The translations under genes and the position numbers were made by a program. The notes under the pieces were generated by a model. That model was not told the origin of the DNA and did no database searches. It saw only the letters and a program-made list of their open reading frames with translations. Positions 1 to 12,299 of a stretch of 64,000 bases of DNA are shown here, one piece after another. The stretch's first letter is position 1, and the number at the start of each line of letters is the position of its first letter. The DNA is from Blasia pusilla (Eukaryota), in assembly GCA_050084515.1 (NCBI GenBank), contig CM114271.1:41044001-41108000 (forward strand), written 5' to 3'.

Positions 1-3000
1 CCAACGATATTCCCTCCTCAGGTCTCCCGGATAGAGATGTAACAATTCCAATAGCACTGCACTTTGAAGGACGAAATAGCATGCTTAAAGACCGAGGGAA
101 AACTGAAACATTAAGGTCTGAAACAGTCCCTGTTAAGTGCAACCCACATACCAAAGTGGATTCAAAATCATACCTCACAAAGAAAACTGCTTGAACTGGT
201 AACTTCCATAGTATATGCCAGTGAAACAAGAATGCAGCCTCCTTTTACCTGTAAGCCATTCGTTGTGCAGTAAACATAACCTCCTTGAGTTCTCCTGAGC
301 CCACTTCAATTGCTTGAGCTGCTGGTGAGAATGAATATTCCTGCATGTGAAGATATTTTATGAAGCAAAATAATTGCCTTGCAGACTTATCATTCCTGAT
401 ACCGCACCCTGAGACTAAATTGACAGTGATGCTATCCTCTACTCTATTACTTGTCTAAGATCCCTTCACTGCAGTGATGTTTAGCACCCGAGGGGAGAAA
501 ACGTGAGGTGCACAATTGTGTATGCCCACCTTCAGCAGAGGGCGGAGATAGAAGCTCCCAGGAAATAGATTTTCAAAAGTAAAGACTCCCCCAGGTCCTG
601 TTCCAGCATTCTTTCGATAATTATCATCACCACTGAGAGAAAGCAAAACAGCTGGCAGAGACTCCTCTGCACCCTCTCCTGGAAGAATTTTCACAACGAT
701 CTGACCCAGTTTCTGGCAAGAGAATGTGTTTTCTCCTATTGACTTCAAGTAAAATCCTGCCTGTTCAAAACAAACCTCACCAGGTCAAGAAGTGCTTTCC
801 AAATCTTAGCTGGAGTACACAGCATCACATGCTGACAACTTCAAAGCGACAATCCTTAAACTGATGAAGTTTGAATACTACACTAAGCATCCCACACGCA
901 CACAAAGTATAAAAGGATAAGATCAATCTTAACCACTCTGTTTGGAATGGCAAGAGGCAGAACAGATCAGAGAAAAGGAAGCAGGAAAGGATGTGTAAGT
1001 GCTCCCACCTTCTCAGCCAGTACCACATATGCTGTATCATCATAGAGAGGTCCAGCTGAGAATGTTCCATCATCTCCAGTTACAGTCCACAGGGCTATTT
1101 CTCCCGACTTCAGACGACCCACAGCACTATCCTTCTCAGGAAGTACAGTGATATTCACTCCCGCAAGAGCAGGAACCACAGATCCTGTGATATACACTCC
1201 TGGACGACCATTGAACGCTGGAATCTCTGCTTGGCATCCATCTGTCTCCACATGAAACTGTACAAGCATCCCCAATTAGGAAATTTAAAACACCGCCAAA
1301 ATAATAAATCCGTGGCTGCAGCAAAACACTTCTCTCTTGGGAGCACCCAGTCAAGTTAAATAGAAGTAACAATACCTTCTGATCTCTGGGATAGAAGAGC
1401 ACTTTTTCTGCTACATTTCCTCCCACTTGCTCCAAACCAGAATCTTGAGACAGCTCTCTGCCCAAAAGTACAAGCACTTCAGGATCTCAGGTTTTCCTGT
1501 AGTGCATTTGAGGAGTTTCCAACAAAGAGAAGGAAAAAATAACTCCAATATTCTAATTTTGACAAATTTTAGATGAGGTGAGGTGAACATACCCAACATG
1601 CCTTGGCACAAAAAGCAATTTGTCTCCAAGCTGCGCCCAATGAGCATATTTGTATACTGCTACTGGATGAGTTTCATTGGCTTCCGATACAAGATGTGCA
1701 TGGAGTTTGTGAGCAACCAAAACATCCTCCCCTTGCCATATGTCCACAAATATACACTCTGCGATGTTGTTTGCTTTAGGATATAGCTTCGAATCGATGT
1801 TTAGATACCCTGTCAACACATACTTTTGCCCGACAAGTTGCAGTGGCTGCCATACCAAAGTCTATAAATGTAAGAAAGCATGCCAAGGTAAACTGTCTGG
1901 TCCTTCTAGTATAGTATGTGCACAATATATAGACATGTAATTCACAGAAATAGCTTCAACGCTACTTTAATCTGAGATATTCCCTCTGATAAACAGACTG
2001 TCTAGTGGATCTTGATAATCACCAGTTTCATCACCCACACAACCGCTAATTTTCATCAACAAACATCACGCTTTCCCATAACAAAACTCTAATGGTATGC
2101 CAGGATCTACCATGCACATGAATACCGGAGCTTTTACACCCTGTCTCCAAACATTACCTCAGGAACAGATGTGTCCACTCTGAAGGATAGAGCTCCAAAA
2201 AACACACATGGCCAGAGGAAATTCAGTTGATGTACACCTGGTGATTCCAAGCAAATTTGCTGCCACCCTTTCTGTGAAAGCCATTCCACCATTGAAAACA
2301 AGTGTTACAAGCACTGCTCTCCTATAACGTTCCTCAGACACTTCTATGTCCAGTTCCGATCTTCAATCCAAAGAAACTGTCACTTCCCAGTCCTAGGAAG
2401 AGTTGAGGTGATAAGCAGAAAGGTCACAAGATACAGAATGAGACTACTAGAGCACTGATTCAAAAGACAAGTACAACTAGTTTTCATATCACCAATCACC
2501 CCTTGTCATGAGGCTTCACCTTGACTTGTAATGGTAAGGCCTCTTTGTGCTCTTGAAGAGTAAAAGCACTTGCAGCATGGGTTGAATTAATATGCAGCCA
2601 TACACCCTTTTGTACAAATACCAAACCAGAGACATCTTCAGTTCCCACTTCAACCACTAATGTCTTTTGCTCCCAGCACCATTCATCATCCCAGATTGCC
2701 CCTTCCAATGAAGGCTCATGTCGTATCTGCCATTTGAAACAAACAAGATAATTGGTCGACATTGAAATAGAAACCTCCTACAGGTACCAACTGCGCTTGT
2801 TTTTTCTTGATGTAGGAGCACAAAAAAACCTTCAACTGTACTATTTCATTCACTTCTTCCTTGTGAACCAATCCCTGCCACTGCCACAGTACAACCAAGG
2901 TTCTAGTCTATCACCACATACTTCACATGAGGCACCACTTCACAAGTGCTGACCCCTGTGATGACTCCAGTTCAAGTGAGATCACACCACAGGACTTCAT

Positions 3001-6000
3001 TGAGCACTCACCTCCAGCTGATACTTTCCAGGGAACACCTTCTCAAATGAGAAAGTGTCTCCATCATCTGTTACATGGGTTAACAGTCCTTTGCTCACAT
3101 CCACCTTTGAAGCTGCTGTGCTTACAGGGCTGAGTGAGATCGCCACGAGGGAAGAGCAAACCCCTTTACAATTGACTGTACCAGAAACCCTGACTTGAGC
3201 CTGAAACACAAGTAGCACTGTCAAACTAACCACAGAGACATACCACCAGGCTCTTGCAAAGTAGATCGCGCTATCCAAGACCACAATGTTGGAACGCTAC
3301 AGCCAGAAAAGGTTCACACGATACCTGAGTAAAAATAACATCTAACACTGGTCCGATGACAGTAATATCCAAATATCGAGGAGAGAATATCAGCCCAGCA
3401 GCGTTTTCGACAGGAGTAGTTAGAGGGGAAAGTTGATAGTCGCCTGCAGGAACCTGGCAAAATAACAAAACATGGTGTACTGTTCAGATGAAAACATGGT
3501 GTCCTGTTCAGATGGAACAGACTGGTAATCCCATAAGCAGTCCATGAAATTGATACAACTCAACCTATATCAGATTTTTGGGTATGAGTGCTGCAAAGAC
3601 CTCTTGATACTTTACTTGAACATCTAGCTCTCTTCGATCATACGAGTCAACACCATCACAGAGATATCTCAGACACCAGTCAGTGCTTCGTTCCCAACAA
3701 GCTCCTCTTTCACCTTAATTGTCAAATTTGCAGGTCTTGATTTTTTCTTCGACATTATTTTAGATGAATATTCTCTAGACAAATGATCCAGACTAACTAA
3801 AGTCCATTCAAAATCTTTCCTTCACTGCTGCTCTTAGTGAGTCTCAAGGATGAGTCACAAGATTCATGACTAACACCCTCGAGTCAACAGCTACTGACAC
3901 TCTTGGACACACATCATAAGGACTAGAGTGCTACTTACGTACTTGGACACAAGATTAGACTGCTACTTTTCCTGCATAAAGTGGTACCACTAGGGTGTAC
4001 ACTCTTGTCTCACTTGTCTAGTCGTAAGGGAGTGCAACAGACTATATGATCTCTTGTGAACATCCACACTATTATGCAGTTTAGAACACACAGCCGAGAT
4101 CAAATTACAACGTCCGAGTTTGTAAGCTCTGATACCACACAGTTCATCCCTATATTACTTTTAACAATGCAGTGTCTCTTGTAAAATAACCAGCACTAGA
4201 ATTACAAGGTTAGATCATTGCTACAGGAGTTGAGGTCCGTGAGTGGAAGCTGTGAAGACTTGCCTCAAAGCAAAAACACCCCTCCTCATTGCTTCTTTTG
4301 GTCTGTGGTTTTACATTCACTGGTCCATGTGTGAGAGCAACTTGTCGCTGCAAAGTTTGCTCACAAGATGAGTGGTAAGAACATCATGTTAGTAATAGAT
4401 ACTAAGAAACCAGATGTGGCCACTTCCAGTTCAAATTTACAAGTAACTCGTTCCATACCAACAAAAATCTAACATAGTACCCACGATCTAACTAAAACTT
4501 CCAATCTTGAGTAATTAACTCCAATTGCCTTAAGAATGGACATCCTCAGCAACCCAAATACTTCCAGAACCATGCTCAAGAGCAAGAAAGATTATACCAC
4601 TCCAGTATAAGCTGTGCTGAGAACATGGACGCATCCACAAACAGCAAAATGGGTTGCCTCGATATCTGGAACTGAGGCCATATTTGGCAGAACCTGAAAC
4701 ATTCAGTTAGGTACCATTACAGGATTAGGACAAACACAAGCAGGACATTATGGCTGTACAGGCATACTCCTTCAAGATTAAAAAAAAATGTATATTTCAG
4801 TTCCTGTACATGGACTGTTCTCTGAATGAATTTGTAAAACCACAAAGGTATTAACCTAGCTGGTCCTATTTTGCATTTTTATTATATTCATAACAACACT
4901 AGATATCTTTCAAGAACACTTTACAGACACTCTGGTTCTGGAATTGTAATTCTGCAGAAGCAAAAGAACCTAACAACTGAGTGGGTCAATAGATGGGCGT
5001 CTGTAATTTACAACACTAATGAAAACTGGCCACTCACGCAAGTCTCTGTTGATTTCTAAGCCCAAGGGGCAGACCGGAAAGCACAAGAGTCAGACCCCAA
5101 ATATGGAGAACAGTTTAAAACAATTTAACACACCTAAAGATGATCTCTGTAAACCTACCATGAAATTTTCCAAGAAGCTGAACTTGTAATGAGGTTTCCT
5201 GGCCTTGATTGTGTAGGTAGTAGATGTGACCTGGATATCAACGGTAACCTTCAACACATCAAGAGTTGGAACTGTACTTCAAAGAAAACATATCAACACT
5301 CAGTCCTGCTAGCATGAATTCGGACTTGACATAATAACATGATTTATATGTCACAACTGAACTATAATGCAATAATTACCGCAGTTCTCAGCTGGAACCA
5401 TTGGAGATATGTGAATTGAAAAAAAAAAACATTCAGAGCTACCAGGAGGTCCTTATTAGCCTTTGAGACTAACTTCATAATTTTTATTCCTTCAGCACCT
5501 GGAGATGAGCTTAAAAGTTGGTAAAGCAAGAATCAATTGGCGAAAAAAATCTGTCAGAAAATGAATTCAAAACAACCCGTGGAGTTATCACACTGACACT
5601 GGACCAGCTGTTCCATTGTTAGGTTAGGTCAGGATGACAACCATGAGATCATTTCTTTCTGTGTTAAGATGTAGATATTATAATGTTAATTAAAGATCAT
5701 TCAATCACGAAAGACTGTTGACACTAACCATCAATGCAAAAAAAAGGAAGTAATGGAGGGACCTGATCTAGCTTGTATAGGCCTTGAGCATCTGTGGTTG
5801 CACGTTCCACATCATCAATAATTATCTTCACACCCTCTATTCCCACACCCTGCATGTCTACAACACGGCCGCCCACTGAAAACCCTGTGACCTGGAAAGA
5901 TTCACAGCAAACAAGTGTTATCTAAAGGTCCAGAGTTATACCCCACATGGCATTGTTGACAGTTTGAGGTCCTACTTGTGTTCTAAAATCTTATCCTTAA

Positions 6001-9000
6001 CTCGTCTGTATTGATAGTAGAACAAGTGGAGAAAGTAAAGAAACCTGAAGAACAAACATATGAATACAAGCATTTTCTCAAGGCATATACCTGGAAAGGC
6101 TTTCCAATTTCAACAGAATCGTGGCTGACAACAATATCAACTGAAGGAGGTGAAATATCAAAGACAGTGTTTTCACCCCGATAGAAGGGAACAAGCTTGT
6201 ACTGGCCTGCATAAAAATTACCCAAACCATTTTTTTCTGTTGGTCAAATGAGCTTCACACATAGCAGATACATCCAGATAATCTTAACATCTCTCTTTTT
6301 TCTTTGATTGCTGCTTTGTAACTGATTTTTACAATAGCCCATTTCACAGCCATACAAAACAATTTTGCAATGTTTGAAGTGTTAAAGAATGACAAGAAAG
6401 ATGCAGTCAAAAGCACTGAAATTGGATCACCTACAACCCAGTGTTGCTTAGAGTAGGTCTGTATGCAAGGCCAATAAGAATTTAAGTTGATGCTCTGCTC
6501 AAGTGTAAAAGATCGACAAAGGAATATCCCAGTACAATCTCAAAGGCCTGACACCTGACCTTTCCTTACCGCATGGAACAGCAGAAAACGTGAACTTTCC
6601 ATTTACATCTGACACCGCATGACAAAGAGCTTTTTTGGGCAGTGGGCTTGAAGTTCCAGGCCCATGTGGACAAGGAAATTCAAGAACATCATCTGAATAG
6701 ATGTAAACCTGAACACCAAGAACAGGATTTCCCTGTACAAAAGAAAACTTGTATTCAAATTTTACACGATTCCATCACACTACATGAGAAAAGAGCACAG
6801 AAATCATAAAATTAGCACAAACTGATTCCAGAAGAGCGGTACAGAAACCAGAAAATACCATGCTCAAATGCTACAGGAACTAAATGAATTGATCCACTAG
6901 ACAGTTATCAATTACTCAAATCAGTTATTGCGATCAACCACATAAAGCACACAAAGATAGGCTCTTAAGACATTGAGTAAATTCTATGTAAAATTCCCTC
7001 AAAGCTCCGACTGTCTGCTCCCATGCAGTTTTAATGTCACAGCTTTAATCCAAGAATAGAAATGCATCTAATCCCCAATTTTGTTGTGTTGGACTGGTGA
7101 TGTCAACAAGCGGACTGAACTTACTTCGTTTCAATTAGTATTGCTGTACCCCTAATGAGGCTACCTCAGAAGCAGATGTGTGAACCCAAAATTTCCAAAC
7201 GAGAATTCTAGACTGCCCATAAAATTGTCATTCATGCAATAGGGCGTCTCAGAGTGCTCAGTAGCCTACGACGTCTATGTCCATATTTCGTTTTATGGAT
7301 TTCTGCCGTTTCTAGTGCAGGGTGCTGAGCAGGTGGACGTACACAATTTACCGCCTGGACGTCCAAACTCGCTCCTGAGTATTTAATTCGGAAGAGTTAC
7401 TGCTATGGCACCTATAAAAGTAAAAATCCTTGTGACATAGGAATGAACCATACTAATTTCACAGACAAGAAGCCAAGAGACGTCGAACTGTGCGAGACAT
7501 CCTAATGTACAGTTTGGAAATTAATCAAGTCCATCTTTAAAATGTCCCAATGGCTGTTTCTCTTACCTCCACTTCCTAACTAGCCTCTATTTACAGCCTA
7601 CATGAGGTAAAAAGTGTTGAGAATGCAGTACATTCCAAACACAAGACATTGTATTGTGTATAGAAGTCACCTTGGACCAATGATTAGCACAGGGTATCGA
7701 GTGTAGTTGCCCTTGCCCTGATCTAGTACAGTAGGAAGAAAGGTATAAATAGATGGTTATGACTACAGTCTCTTCTTAGTTTAGGGACAGCTATTTTAGA
7801 GGAATGAGTTTATCAACTCCATTCTGCAGATATCTTAGGGTTCGTTTTAGGGCAGCCTCCATCTAGCTACACAGTCAAAGGCTGCCCCCTGCAACAGCTT
7901 AAGTGTTCCTGGTGGGTGTTTATCTTTGCTGGGAGGTTGTGAGGGTGAAACTGTGCAGGGAGCTGGCCTAGACGTGGCCATAAAACTCCTACTGTTTCTT
8001 GCAAGTTAGCACTGCTAGGTAATGTGCATGCTGTGCTTTCTCTTTCTCAAAAGTGTTTTTAGTACCTTTTTCTCTCTAGATTCTTATTACAAAGCTGCAT
8101 GCAAGTGCCATATCTCACTTACTGTGCACGTTTATAAGTCCCCAAAGGTTTAAAGAGAACTTCAAATGAATATGTAATAACACCTAGCTGTAGAACGAAT
8201 CAAGGAGAAACGCACCTGAGATACAACAGATCCGTCCACATCATATCCATTGATAAAAAATATATCTTGAACCACACCATTGCCCCATCCTAACTCTGTC
8301 TGCACATTTTAAAGCACACTGTAAGGCCATGTCTAGGGATCTCCAATGTCTACGCAGAGCCTTTAACACACAAGAACAACACTCAGGTAAAAAGCTGAAA
8401 TATATAACATCTGCAATTTGAAAGTAAGCTAAATCCCAAAAAAAAGACACAAGAATAAGGTGGCATAAACTTTACCTCTGGCGACCCAGTCAGCTGAACA
8501 TTCCATTTAGGATGGGATGCTGATATTTTGTACTTTCCTGACCAAACAAGTACATGAAAATGTCATTACCCTTATTCACAACGTATGGTGATCACTATGG
8601 TTGAAATATGTCCCATCCTGCAGCTGTTCATGGGAGCTTCATAACTGTCAGAATTTGAGGCATCGGGCCAATGATACAAAGCAAATTTGGGTAATACCAG
8701 AATATGGCACGATCTTGAGACCGGCAGTTAGTGCCTAAAGTACAACAACAGTTTGAAGATGAACAACTACTTTCATGCATAATTGCCTCATGGCACCCTT
8801 TTTAATCAGAGTAGAAGGACAAACACGTTAAGAGATCTAAAGACCACTTAAGCTTGCGAGTAAAAACCAGTTATAGCAGGCTAGAGGCAATAAGCAGAGA
8901 ACCAATTTTGACATCCTGAGAAACAATCAAGAGGAATATCTGTCACCTGCTGGAAGATTTACAAACTCGTAGCTTCCTCCTGCAGTGGTTAGAACAGACA

Positions 9001-11903
9001 CATTGTCACCAGCCGCGGCACCATCTTTGACTGGTGAAAGTGTGACTTGAACACCAGCAGGACCTTCTGAACTCCCTGGGCAACTTGTTCCTCCAACTGC
9101 ACCTAGTACTCTACCAGAGAGTGTGAACCTACACAAGGACCCCTGTCAGCTCATATCTACTGTTCCTGAACAACTTTCTGCCTCGCTTCCTTTCTTCATC
9201 AGCACTAAATGCACGAGCAAAGACCTCACCTCAAAACACTAATCAAAAGAAGCCAAAATAATTAAGAAACTAGATTTACATGACTATATAACACATGATG
9301 TCCTCCATGCTGGCTGGGAGGGTAGTAGTGAATCATCTTCCATTGGTGCTATCCACTTCTACACCTGTCAGCTTACATCTTCTATTTTTGAATAACTTTC
9401 TAGCTGACTTCCTTTCTTCATCAGCACAAAATGCACAGGCAATTACCTTGCCTTGAAGCACTAAAAAGAAGCCAAAACAATCAAGAAACCAGATTTACAT
9501 GACGGAAATAACACATGATGTCCTCCATGCTGGCTGGCAGGGTAATGCTAAATCTTCCGTCGGGGCTATCCACTTCCACACATCCCAAAGTACCAAGAAA
9601 ACCACATACCCTGTGTAGCGAAAATTGATGTCATCATTGTTGTTGCAACCATTTTGATCGACCACTGCAGTGACCTGTGTCACGTGCCCATACCATCAAT
9701 GAGAACCACTGCACCATGACAATCTGATCATATCTGACCAACCTTGTGCCTCAAACTTCCCATTGATACAACAAGAATAAGCACATACAAAAAATTCTTA
9801 TTTTTGCTTAAAAGATTATATGACCACGTAAAATCAAACAAGGCCATCACAGCTTACCTGTTCAGGCTCAAAGGACCACCCTTTGGGACCTTTAATCTTG
9901 ATGACAAATGTTCCCTGCAATAAAAAAAAACCAGAACAAATAATTTCTCAAAATGTGATACAGGCTTGCTGTTCGACTCTTGAAAAATAGCCATTTCAAA
10001 GAGATGATGGAGTCTTTATAGTAACTGAAGAAATTTCAATTGGATCAGTCGACAACTGGCTCCGTGAAGCAGTTGTGACATTGCACAAGACGCTTACTGG
10101 TCTCTGCAGAGAATGCAAAGCCAAATGAAAGACAACAAGAACCATGTGCAGGGTAAACTCAGCAATCCCGTATGCAAACATTTCACCCAAAAGATAGCTC
10201 TGAAATCAAGAAGACCAGCAAATTTTCCACTCTGTTGGCACATGCCATTCTATAAATAGTACATGTCAAAACGTCCATGCACAAAATTCCTAGCTCTGAA
10301 ATCATTTCGACTAACATGTTTTCCACTCTGTTGGCACATGAAGTTCTACAAATAGTACATAACAAAACGTCCATGCACCAAAATGATAGCTCTGAAATCC
10401 CAAGACCAACAAATTTCCCATCCTGTTCACACATGCGATTCCAAAAGTAGTACATGTCAAAACCTCACGTTGAGGATCCAGACCATACCATTGGCTGGGT
10501 GATCCAGAGAAGAATTATCAAATCAAGTCTCTTGACTATAAAGTTGTACCTTTAAAGCCACGCTGTACTACAGAACACACCTTCAGGAAAATGTCCACCT
10601 TTTCAAGCTAGTTGCTTAGAAACTCTTGCGTTGAGTTTCACAGGGATCAGAAAGTTACAAACGAGTGCAAGGCGAATAGATGCTCCTCCAGCAGTTGAAA
10701 AACATACCCGATCATAAACTGGAACATAATAGTAGCCATTGGGAGCACATTGTGTGCTGTCCTTTATGAGGCCATCCAATGTGTGGAGCTCTACCTGCAA
10801 AAAATAACCAGTGCTAGGTACCATGAGTGACCGTTTGTCACACTATAACGAATCCTCAGCAAAACACTCCAAAGTCCAAATACTTTGCTCCATGCACATA
10901 ATTCCGTGTGCCTGATCCACTATATTTCATGGCCAGGGGTAGTGACATTATGCATTTGAATGTCATTTTGCACGGAAAAATAATATAAAATTTAGGATTC
11001 ATACAGTCATGTGGGAGTAGTCTAGTTTTGGATCTGTAGATTTTCGCAACTTCCCAAGAATTGCACCAGCCTGCAGGAACACCATCACCAGCCAGAAATT
11101 TATTAAGGACTGAGCGTCTTCCTAATCTACTGAATTTGCACATTGAAGATGCGTTCCCCTCGTTTCTTCAGACAAAGTAACTTGAAAATACAGAAGAAAA
11201 ACTTCCTACGAATTAACCACTTCTGCTTCCACGGAATTAACCACTTCTCGACACTGAAGAGATTGCTGGAGACAATCTGACCAGAGGAATCATACGTCCA
11301 TCAAGACTCTGAGAGGAAGAGCTATGTGGGCCGCAGCCACTCCATCACCTAGCTATGCTATATTCAAGGACGAGATCTCCTGACAACTCTACTGGTCCCA
11401 CACTCACAGAGAAAAAAAAACCAGCTTTGAGACTACATATTCGAAGAGACGGTAGGAATTCATATTTCAGTTCATCGCGCATGAAAGCCAATTAGTCGCC
11501 GCTACTTCGCTGTAAAAATCGACAGGACGGGTAAATCCGAAGTAACCGACATTGGGGCACTTCTCCAAGGCCTAGCTAGTGAATTCATTAAGATCTGCTC
11601 CGCGAGATCGGCCTCCCTGCAGAGAGACCAGCTCTACACAGATCCAGTAATGCCACCAATCGATCACTTTTGACACTCAATACCCTGATCAGATAGGTTA
11701 TTTCGCTCTCTGCATCCGAGAGTGGGCCACACTGGCGGATCGAGGACAACAATGACCAAAAGAAAACATCAACACGGAAGAGAGGCAGTGAAAGTGAAAA
11801 CCTCGACAAAGCCTCCGCATCCCTGAATGGAATCGCCAGCTACAGCGTGCACGAAGTGGAGGAGGAGCAACGCTGCCAGAGACCATGGCAGCTTGTCCCC
11901 CAT
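1..11903 (-). CDS. NOMO: Nodal modulator (NOMO/BOS complex subunit) homologue, multi-exon, 3' end beyond left edge of window
   Basis: Exons reconstructed by eye with consistent phases (minus strand): 11802-11903, 11005-11070, 10708-10794, 9858-9914, 9610-9674, 8947-9128, 8476-8537, 8216-8299, 6570-6732, 6091-6206, 5763-5891, 5159-5230, 4598-4693, 4264-4347, 3325-3453, 3012-3200, 2520-2726, 2158-2271, 1593-1846, 1376-1457, 1009-1257, 530-760, 249-340, <1-56 (~990 codons in window). Signal peptide MGDKLPWSLAALLLLHFVHAVAG is followed by DSIQGCGGFVE...KLDYSHMTVELHTLDGLIKDSTQCAPNGYYYVPVYDRGTFVIKIKGPKGWSFEPEQ...CNNNDDINFRYTGFTLSGRVLGAVGG, the characteristic NOMO N-terminus. Later exons give GGVFTFENLFPGSFYLRPLLKEYSFSP. 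Confidence 0.93.
4126..4137 (-). mobile_element. tRNA-iMet primer-binding-site motif (TGGTATCAGAGC), probable LTR-retrotransposon relic in a NOMO intron
   Basis: The plus strand reads gctctgatacca, the exact reverse complement of TGGTATCAGAGC, the canonical plant LTR-retrotransposon PBS. It lies in the 3454-4263 intron. No LTR boundaries were resolved. Confidence 0.45.
9143..9581. repeat. Intronic tandem duplication, 2 x ~222 bp
   Basis: Units start ctgtcagc at 9143 and 9365 and share cttcctttcttcatcagcac...agatttacatgac...aacacatgatgtcctccatgctggctgg...ctatccacttc. Confidence 0.9.
10195..10465. repeat. Intronic tandem repeat, ~3 x 96 bp
   Basis: Units start tagctctgaaatc at 10195, 10291 and 10387, and share ttccactctgttggcacatg / tagtacatgtcaaaac motifs. 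Confidence 0.9.
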
Positions 11904-12299
11904 GATCACCCTTGCTTCTCTCCAAAATACTCTACCCACGCCTTCCAACTCCCCGCTTCCTGCAGATTGCCCGGGCTCGCAAACACAACCGAGACAGTCC
12001 AACCTAGTCTATTCGTTTCTCCAGTCGGCCGATCAGCATCGATCACGCTACAGATTTCCTCTGCTCTCTTGTAATATGCTCACGGCATACCACCAAATCC
12101 GTCTGCTGCAGTCTAACTAGTCAAATGGAGCGACCGCATTTCTTCGGCCCGAGTTGTAATGCCAGCGATCATCTGCGATCTAACATGCCCATGCTACGAA
12201 TCACAAGATGCTTTCTTTTTCGAATGTTGTTAGGGGTCTGCCAAAGTAGTCCTAAAGTAGCTTGGACACTGACGTGATGAACAATTTTATGCTACAATA

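Noticed and set aside
7240-7504. Possible MITE in a NOMO intron (tagggcgtctc...gagacatccta)
   Set aside because: Termini match only 9/11, with no convincing TSD and no second copy in the window.
10195-10465. CRISPR-like reading of the regular repeats (also 40530-41160)
   Set aside because: Whole units are homologous with no unique spacers, the context is eukaryotic, and there are no cas genes.
11684-11712. Candidate micro-exon in NOMO intron 1
   Set aside because: Exon 11005-11070 already supplies the expected residues in frame, and the candidate does not resemble NOMO.
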